Shown here: piece by piece, positions 9,714-19,700 of the stretch
Layout of the letters: each line of letters starts with the position of its first letter
How positions within the stretch are numbered: position 1 is the first letter of the stretch
Source of the DNA: a virus
Lineage: Duplodnaviria > Caudoviricetes
Direction: 5' to 3' (one strand)
DNA: 62,656 nt
IMG/VR virus record: IMGVR_UViG_3300025141_013570
Span: 1-62,656 of that record
Position numbers and translations under genes: made by a program
The notes under the pieces: model-generated
The model's input: the letters and a program-made list of their open reading frames with translations, nothing else
What the model was told of the DNA's origin: nothing
Databases searched by the model: none

Positions 9714-10709
9714 TTAACAGGGTTCCTCATTTTCTGTGACGTACAGATCACGCATGAATGTGGTTCTCTTTGCTTCGCCTCCCGGGGTCATGCCGGCTGC
9801 GCTATAAACTCTATCAGGAATGTCTCGATCTAAATACAAATTAAAATAATACTCGACCTCGCCGACATTTGTCTCGGGATTGCCAAGTGGTTTTGGGGCC
9901 GCGGCCGAGGCATCTGGATTCCGCTGGAAGGCCATTGGCACCAGAGTGCTAGGCTTTGCTTCGGGTCCAGAGCCTGTGGCCGGGGATTCAAAGAAGACCT
10001 CTACATCAAAGTTCTCTTTTTGCAAGGCCGTATTTCCCTCTAAAATATCAAGAAGTAGGAAATTTTTCTCCACCGATAAATAAATATCGGTTCCTTCGAA
10101 TTTCGCACTAACTGCATTCTCGGATAGGGATCCTTCCTGAAAGAATGTTTTATAATCTATGTCAACATTTAATTGGGGAATCCTAGTAATAACGCCATTG
10201 TTGATATCGGCAAAACTGCTAGAAGGATTCGTAATAATGTAATCCTCCTTGGAAACAATCGTGTTCTTAAGAAATGATATGTTCCAGGCAGCAGTATGGT
10301 CTTTGGTGAGATCTGCGGTTCCAATTGGGTAGGATGAAAAATTAACTTTCTCAATAAAGGCTTGCTGCTGCAGCGCTTCGGTGTTCTCGGCTGGTTCTGA
10401 ATTGGTGGCGGCCAACGAACTACTGACATTATTAATAAAGCGAGCGACTCGGGTCTCGGCACCAGTTCGTGTGGGAATAACTTTTAAATTAGGGGTTTCA
10501 TACCGGATGCGTCGATCAATATCTTTCTGTGCTTCTTTGATAAAAGTACCATCTGAGCCCGTGCCGGCATATTGTGAATTATAAAGTATCTCATCATCAA
10601 AGAACGCATAGTGCACCGGCTTAAGCTTTCCTAAAGATAACAAATACTTCCCATACTCGGTAAGCTGGACTTCCATGATCTCTTCTTTTTTGTTGAAAAA
10701 TTCGGCCAT
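9714..10709 (-). CDS. Virion structural protein; N terminus paralogous to 1893..2876
   Basis: 331 aa. QLTEYGKYLLSLG...YAFFDDEILY matches the motif in 1893..2876. Confidence 0.6.
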   Translation of the reverse strand: MAEFFNKKEEIMEVQLTEYGKYLLSLGKLKPVHYAFFDDEILYNSQYAGTGSDGTFIKEAQKDIDRRIRYETPNLKVIPTRTGAETRVARFINNVSSSLAATNSEPAENTEALQQQAFIEKVNFSSYPIGTADLTKDHTAAWNISFLKNTIVSKEDYIITNPSSSFADINNGVITRIPQLNVDIDYKTFFQEGSLSENAVSAKFEGTDIYLSVEKNFLLLDILEGNTALQKENFDVEVFFESPATGSGPEAKPSTLVPMAFQRNPDASAAAPKPLGNPETNVGEVEYYFNLYLDRDIPDRVYSAAGMTPGGEAKRTTFMRDLYVTENEEPC

Positions 10710-10712
10710 GGC

Positions 10713-13700
10713 TTACTCCAGACCTTCAGTGAGGTCTTCAGTTGTGTATACTGCTTCCTGATCGATACTAACTAGCTCTACCAGGGAGAAGTAATCATAT
10801 GGCCAGTTGTACGTATAAGGAGTATCTAGACTCGACTGTACGATGGGGGTCCCTTCGGTAAGGCTCTTGCGCTTAAAGATATTATAATCTTTTTCTGCTT
10901 TTCGTTTAACCTTGAACACCATCCACTGAAGGTCTCGATCGCTCTCTAACAACCGGTCCACCAATCCGCGAATTTTAATCCGCGATGTTTGCTTTTGGAA
11001 TTTGGAGCTTTCGGCCAACTTGGGCGGCAAGTTCTGCCAGATACGCTGAAGGTCTTCTTGATCTAGAGTCGCCGAAAATTCGAAGGCATAGAACGCAATG
11101 GGATTCACTGTTTCATTTATAAGAAAATCGAAAGTTGGGGGGAAAATATACTTGTTCAGTAAACTCGATTGAGTCTCAAATTCTTGAGTGTCAGTATCTA
11201 TGTCAAAAAATCGGCGATCGCCGGCTGTTGTTATAAAGGGTACACATACAATGGCTTCTTCGATGAGTTTGCCTTCTTGTAAGGTACCGATTCTCTTTTC
11301 GATAGTATCAAATCCCACAATCTTTGGTAATGAGTTTATCTCAATCTCTCCGTAGTTAGTCGAGTTATAGCTGCTCCTTCCCGCGGCGCCTCCGATTTCC
11401 TCGACGCTTAGGAAGATTCCCGAACTTCCAGTGGGAATAGAACCATATTGATGCCACATTCCACGCACTGGGATCGCGCGGGTGAACTGTTTGGGAGGAT
11501 CGGTACCGCCCCAGGGGTTGGTGGTTCCTAGGGAGGGAGGGAACTGGTCCGAGACCGAGGCCGCATAAAATCCCCGGGCGCCCGGCGTGGCCGAGGACGA
11601 CACATCATAAAAATTCATAACAGGTGTTTCCCACTTCGGCTGAATCATCCATCTAGCTTTTTGTTCTGTTGTTCCGTCGGGGACTACCAATAGTTTTTCA
11701 ACTATATTGACACTCGACGTAATCTGATTAAAAATGGTAAGGCGTGACATGGGGATTGCATTTCCGCCATGATTCTCTTTAGAGGTGTTATATAAGTCTC
11801 TCCATCGCCGGTGGATTCGATTGAGCTGAACGTCTTTATCATACTCAATAACAGAATAAGCTTGTATGTCATCCAGGGACGCTTTTCCACTATAGGGAGC
11901 CTTAAAGATAATATTTGCCTCACATTGTCCATAGAAGTGTGGCGGAAGAACATGTTCCCACGTGGGCGCTAAAAGACTCGTGTAGCCCGCGCCCCAGGAT
12001 GTCGACTGCGATAGATAAGTTGCAAGGGGGGGGCCGAAAGACATTGGATTATTGTACATACCGAACTGCAAAGGGCACAGATTATTATTAGCATGCACCG
12101 GGTAGCCGGCGTTGGGGCCGGCATACTTCCATGAAGGTTGTTTCAAGACAACCTTCATTCCGTAATAGTGATCCTTTTTTACTGATAGAAAGTTATCTTC
12201 TTCCTCGGATAAGAAAGTTTTCGGTTGAGATTGGAAAAAATTATATGTTTCACATAAGAAATTGTCGATTGCAAATTTGTACAACTGGGACGCGGCGTTG
12301 CTCGAATACCTAACATAACTTCGACGGGCCGCCAACATTTGATTTTGAGTGGCATGCATGAAACTGGCTGACCCCATTCCGGTGTCAAAGATACAAGCGT
12401 TAGGAACTGACTGTTTGTTAAGATATCTTTCCGGGTCTCGTATCGCATCAAAAGGAATCTTGTGCATATAGTATCCACCCGTATAGGCCGGGTTTAAACC
12501 GCCCCCACTAAAATGATCAACCGAGCTAGAGCCATTAGCCAAATTCAAATAATTCGTACTAATATTCATAGTATTTCCGTATACCTGGAGCCAGGGGCCG
12601 CCGGCCTTTCCGGGCGTGGTATTAAGCGTACCTGCCAACATGGGAAGCATAATTGGCGCGCCGGCGATCCTAGGTGTGTATTCTTCTAGATCTGCGGAGG
12701 GGCCGGAGATACCCGTAGGGCCCGGATCTACGGCGCGGTTGACAACCACAAAGTTGCCCACCCCGATACCAGATTTAATTGAATTAAATAAAATTCCGGG
12801 TGCCATCAAGGGCTCCATTAAAATCCGTGAGAAAGCGTCAGTCAGACGCGGACCTCCGGGATTGAGGGTCGGCTGACCAGTAATGGCCATTTCCGTGTAC
12901 TGACTTAAATCATAGTCGGCCATCGATTTTTTAAACAGCCTCCCAAGCTCTACCGATCTTTCGGCGGGATAAAAACCTTTGTATGGAAGGAACTGTAATA
13001 AAGCGTCGCATTTTAAATCCAAAGAATATCTCACCAATGGTTTGCCGTCTTGGTTGGCTTTACCTTGCAACTTATCGTCGACAATCTTAAAAAACTTCAA
13101 GAAATCAGCATTGGTATAAGTTTTATAAAATTCTCCATACGAACTGTCAGGGTATGTGCTTCCAGTAAGGGTAAATAGATTATTTAATTTGTTCAAATAA
13201 TCATACCCTAATTCCTCGTATTGCTCTAGATGTTCGCTGATTCTAAACTCGGGAACAATAGACATCCCCTTTCCTAATTTTTGAAGATTATCGCTGTACA
13301 CACTATAGGGCTTGTATGGTTTAATCCCAGTTTGGGTTGCGGCGGTCCACGCCTGATTACCTAGAATATTATAGGGACCATCTTCCGCGAGGATGACGCC
13401 CTCGCCGGGGTGTTTGCCATCGGGTGCGTACTCTCGGCCTCCGCCGTATATAGGCATCACATAGGATACAGATGCACTAATTGAAAAGCCGCCGGCGGAA
13501 GCACTAGGCCAGGGTGTCCCGGTGGTGTTGGAACCAGAAACTCCCCATCTGCAATATGGATTCTGGAGAATGCCAGCGCCATAACGACGGAAAGGAGTAT
13601 CTAAAACAGACCGAGGTAAAATGTCCGATGCGAAGTTATCTCGACTGAAGCTAACAGCCCAGCCCGCAGGACCCGGGACGGTACCAGTAAAATTAACGCT

Positions 13701-16700
13701 CAAGTTGGCATCAAGAGGCCAAACACTTGAACTAATGGCCCGAGTGGCTCCATCGAGGGCATATGCGCCGGCAGGAAGGGACCGCAAATTCCGCACATCG
13801 TTCCAAACATCTAAAATACTATAGTTTTGTCGAGTTCTCACCTCAGCCGTCCCGGCATTCGTAATTGCAGGATATGCTTTCTGACCATAGCGATACATGG
13901 CACTGAGGCTTGAACTCAATCCATAATCTCTGATTGTATCAACTGCATTTTCACTGGTCAGGACATAACGATTTTGGAGACCCAGACGACTGTTAAGGCC
14001 CTCGTTGTCAAAATACTCTAGCTTGCCTTGGAATGGTACCTTGAGGACAACGTTGTTGGCTTCATCGGGGTCGGTTGTGTTGTCCTCGAAAGCCACGATC
14101 ATGGGACGGGATCGGCCGTAATCAACTGGCCCCTCCTTATAATTGATCGCCTGGTTTGACTTGAGCCCTTCAATAAAGCCATTAGCTCCCGCCACAGTTG
14201 GGGGCGGGACTAGGGCGCCTATTAGATTCTCCTGGCGCATGCGCCGCGCCACAGCACCTTCTCCTGTACGTATTTGCTTCCAGGTGGGGTACCCATAAGG
14301 GCCGTTACGAACAGTATTTAAAAAGTTAAGCGCGGCCGGGTAACGTCTCGAGTCAATTCCATATGGGTTAAGCGGGTTTAAGTAAGAGGATGTGGGACTA
14401 TTATCAAAGGATCCGGTTCCCAAAGTAAACCCAAGAGTACCGAGGTTTGCGTTGACCGGATCAATTGTGACCAGACTCATTCCGTTAAACGTAACCGCCT
14501 TGTTAATCTGTGAGCCGCTTAAAATTCCAGGTATAACCGAAGCACTGATGGCCGACGGTGCATAAAGGGAACCGATTGTCCTTCCGTTAGCTAGGGAAGA
14601 AGTAACCCAGGAATATTGCTGGGTAGATCGCGGGATTGCATGCTGAACATAATGGTTATCATATGTTGGGAGGAAGTCCCAATGATAAAAAGAGCCGCTA
14701 GCGGGGGCCAGACTGTAGGGCCCGACGGCTTTACTGTCGAGTTCTCGATCCGGCCTCTGATTTATAATTCTTGACTGGGTGTCTCCGTAGCGCTTACTGA
14801 AGCGGTACCAGGCAACTAGGTTTCTGGAAATACCGGGGGGCCATTCTACTGATGTGTTATTAAACCTCGTAGGACCATCTGTCAGCCATGCGCGCTGTTT
14901 GTCAGACCCGGGGCCGTCGGCATATAATTGTTCTACATCAAGCGCAGATAACGGACGCGTCCACACAGCGAAATTGGCGAGGTTACCTATGAGGTTGTAA
15001 CTGGTGGCGCTGTGGTATTTACCCAGGTTGAGGGGATAGCTGCTGTACCCAGTGTTGTTGTTGTTACTGCCGACGACGTAAACACCATCAACATAACATT
15101 TACACTCTATGCTGGGATGATCGTCATCATAGACGATTGTCCAGTGTTGCCATTGACCCAATTTTACCGCGCTTCCAGGGGGGGACATAGACCCGGCCCA
15201 GAGTTCAATTTTCCAGTTCGCCGAGGCCGTCGTTTTCCAGAGAGATAAATGAGAATAATTCCCTAGCGTGAACACCATGGTGCCGAAGTCGTCGTAGTCT
15301 TCGAGATACAGCCAAAAAGAAATCGAAAAGTCTTTCCCGGCGCCGATAAGCTCATTCCATCTCGTAACCGTACCTAGTTCTATCGCCCTGCCGTCGTGGG
15401 AGCCCGGGCTGAACCCAACAGTAGGCACCGGTATAAACTTGGGAGAGACATTTGTAGCGTTTCTATTGGTCTTGTGGTACGAAGGGGTGGTAACGTAGGT
15501 CAAAGCCGGCACAGAGCCGTACGCGGCGTCTGAACCGAAGGGGCCACAATGTAGGCTTGAGCGTTGGTCAAGGCCACGGTTCTTGCCGATTTGATCGACA
15601 ACGGTGATGGTCTGCGCAGCGATAGGGTCAACCGAAGCAGATCCGGAGAGACCATAATTAATCACTGCAAGATTTCGATAAGGCAGCGCGTTGTAAACTG
15701 AAAGCTCTTCGTGGGCCGGATCCATGTAGCCACGGGACATCACCTCATAACCACAGCCCGCAAATCGGTTTACAATAATGGACTGATTAGAATTGGCGCC
15801 TGTGCGTTGGGGGAGATTGTAGTCTAAATCGCCGCCCGGATTTTGAGTATACGATCCATACCCGCCAAAAGGAGGGGAGTCGTCCACAATTGTGGGACTG
15901 TTGGCCGGGTCGCCGTTCCATTTTTTGACGTTATAGGCTTGATCAGGAAGGATATCGTCACTAATATTATCGCCCGGGCCTGAACCAAGGGGCAACCATG
16001 ACAATAACTGGTCTGGGACGGTCATTGCAGGATTAACCCTAGACCCCGCTCCGTATAGACTTTTGGCCTCTGCCGCTGTTAGTTCACGGTTCCAAACGGC
16101 AGCGTCGCACAGATACCCTTTATAACTGTTGAGGGCGTTACTTCCCCCAATGAACGGGTTTCCGCTCGTTAAATCCATGGGGTCCTCGACCGGAGTCACG
16201 TAGGCATTATCGAGCGTTCCATTGATATATAAATTCTGCGCGCCGGTGTTCCCCCCCGCAAAAGTAGCCACCACATGATACCACGTTCCGGCTGTCATTC
16301 CACCTGTTGTGCTTCGGACGATGCCAATTGTTGTATCGGCATTGATCCTCCACTCCAGCCGAAAAGTGGTGAAAGAACCATCACTGTCATAAATTTGAAT
16401 GTTTCGTTGCTGATTGCTACCGAAACGTATTAGCTGTGGCCACGCGTCGCCGCCGGTGTCGGCCTTCATCCAGAATGAAAAACTTACAGGGAGAGCATCG
16501 TTGCCAGAGCCACCGATATAAGGCTCCCACTCGCTAACAGAAACGGCGCCCCAATAGACCGCCTGATTCGACCCATCAAAATAGAGCGACTTACGTGTCA
16601 AAGGAGTAAGCGGGGGACGCCCTCTAGTGGCCAAGGTCTCGGGGTTCAAAGCAAAATCAAAAGACTGATCGTTGAAGAACGGATCATTCTTCTCGCGCGC

Positions 16701-19700
16701 GTTTGACTGAACTACCTGATAGTTCTTCTGGTAGTTGCCAATACTCCCTTGCGCAAGAACGCCGGAAAGACGAGTCCCCAACGAAGAGGTGACCATCTTG
16801 ATATTCTGAATGTTTACGGGGCGCTTGGTGCCGACGTTTCTTAGGCGCTGGGCTGTGGGTATCGATGCCCGGGTGTCATTTGTCGCACCGCCTTCGTAGT
16901 TCGGCGGAACAACACCCAACATTGGAGTATCGAAGTCTGCACCAGTGGCAGAGTCGACTCCAGAGAATTCAATCTTCCATCCTTCGGCTCGATCGAGATG
17001 GTCATCGCTCCCAGCATTAATCTCGGTATGACGATACTGACGGCCACCCACAAACTTTTCTGTGAATGGGCTCTGCATTGGAATATCAGAGTTATATACC
17101 AGATCATGATGAAGGTTTGTAATCATTGTTCCGGTTGCATAGTTATTCACAACCGCAGCATTGGCACCGTCAGTTACCGAAGATGAATACAAGCTAAAGG
17201 GAAGAATTAAATTGCCATCCGCTTTTCTAGTGTTCGCGGGGGACCGATTGGCATCCGGGTCCATCTCGAATCCTAGGCGCTGCTTATAAGCGGGGTGATA
17301 AACATCGGTCGTGTTGCGTAATTGTTCCACCCCTGATCCATACCCGACCACCACATTGACTGCCGCGTTGTTGTTAGTGGGGCCAAACGGCTCGGTTGCA
17401 CGATAAACAAAATTAACTCTTTTGTTCTGATTAAACCCAACACCACCGAGTGTATAATTACCGCTTCCGCCAAACCTATAGGGAGCCTGCTGGGCTCGTT
17501 TGTTGGCGGTCTTGATAGAGGTTAGTATGGTTTGTTTGTTCTTGTTGACTTTGGCGGCCGCGGCCCTAATGGCTAAATTGTTTCGTTCAGCCCGAGTTTG
17601 CCACCAAATAGATTTTTGATTTTGAGGCTGGACCCCACCGGGGGCGGCAGGGGGAGGAGCATGGTCGAGGGCCCATCGTTTAAAATTAATCGGCTGTGAT
17701 GTGCCGAGGACACGCTTTGTATAGGCATTAGCCGAATAGAAACCAGTTCCCTGAGGATCATCTTCCGGAGAGGCCGACATTTCGGCGGACTCCTCGGAAC
17801 CGACTGCAGTACCTTCAATAGCGCTCAACTGCTGTTTGACGTTCTGGAATTTATGCTGGTACTTGCTGCGCTCCAACATGTGGCTTTCGATCACAGTTCT
17901 TACGTTTTCCGCAAAGTCTGCGGAAGCTGGCACTAGTTGCTGCAGCATCATCGTTAGTGAGGAATCAAACCACTTATAGAATTCATAAAACTTCTCGAAA
18001 TCTATCTCATTGTTCGACACGCGCGAGAAAAAGCGCTGGCGTAAAACTTTAAGTCCCTTGTACTCGGGTCGATATCGATTTACTGGTTCCCCAATAATAT
18101 TGTGGATGTCTTTCAAAGTAGCAAAGTAGTTAATCATCTCAACCGATAAGGCTTGAGCCATACTCTTTTCAAATGCATAGAAAAGCTCAATCGGCCGGGA
18201 TTCGCGAGTAAAGACTTTCTGCTCCATTAAGTTAAGAACAGTAACGGCATCGCTGCTCTGAATGTTCTCTGGCAATTGTAGTTTTGACGCAACCACGAAA
18301 TCCTTATCTGTCACCTTAATGGAAGATGCTGGGAAGCCCGTGCCTAGGGCCGGGTGTTGCTTACCGAGAATATTCCCTAACCAGTCAAACCTGGTAGCGG
18401 CTGTGACAGCGGACCCAGAAAACTCGTCACTAACGGTGAACTGCCCTGATGTGTTGGATCCAGTAACCTGCGAGAACTCCCAATTAAAAGCTAGTGTATC
18501 GGCCTGCAGGATTTCTCCTCCATAGGACCCTGATGCTTGGAAAGGGTATGCATAAGAGTGAGGCTTAAAAGACCCATAATTTCGGGTATCAAACGCGTGG
18601 CCTCGTAAGGCGCGGTCGTTTAGATAGTCCATCCAATATCTACAAGCGTTAACCTTGACGTCCGCTGATTGAAGAACCGACCCGGTGAAATTGGTGCGAT
18701 GGGCTCCGATGTACGTTCTCCTGCTTCCAGTTATAAACCCTACCGGAGGAGTAATGGTTTCGCTAACCGTAAACTCATTACGAAGAACCCCTGCCTCGAC
18801 CTGTACACCATGAAGCTCGACTGTGTATTTTAAGCCAGTTTGAGCTTGAGCGGCGAGGCCGGCCAAGGGGTAGTTTTCGGGCTTAATCCTTACTGCCAAA
18901 TTCCAATTGGAATTATTATAAGTGTCTTGATAGAGTGGAGATGTGAGCTTCGGAACGTGTCCGCCAACTGTACCCGTGAGAACAAACCGAACATTGGGAG
19001 AAGTTATTTCATCTCGTACAGCATAAACCTGGAAGTTTGTATCATCTAACGAGTGCCAGGTCGTATTCGTTTCAGAACTAACTGGCTGGTGGACTCCAAA
19101 TAGGGATGCACTAATAACGTTCGTATCAAAATAGAAGGTCGCGCTTTGATCCGGCTTTTTGGGAAATAAAATATCAGCTTCGAGTGTGTGAGCATAACCC
19201 CCGGTAAGATGATTGCTGCCGAGGACTATGCCCGTTGTGTTGGTGGTATCCAGAGGGTCTTGAAATTGAAAGACTGACGCATTCTTATTGTCTGCCGTAT
19301 TAAAATCTACAAATTTTTCAGCTACTGAAACGTTGCGCCTGTTGTTCCTGACTTCGTACTCGACTCCGCCGGCATATACATTCAGTTTAACCAATTCATC
19401 GTCGATGCCAAAACATCGCATCAAGTTGCGGAAAGACTTTTCAGTACCCTTTGATTTATAAATGTAAACTAGATTATTATAAATGTTATGATAAATCGTA
19501 TTTTTAATATCCTGCAAAGACTTTTCATACAATCGATCTTCACTGCGATCGGCTAGCTTCTCAAGAACATCTGCATCAATAAAAAGCTCCGGTGCTACGA
19601 AACCAGCTGACTGAAGTAGATGCTCTGCGAAAGGAAGAGGCTTGTGACTACTGGAAGGATAGGTAACGGTTTGTAGCTTGGACAGCGAACCAATTTGTAA

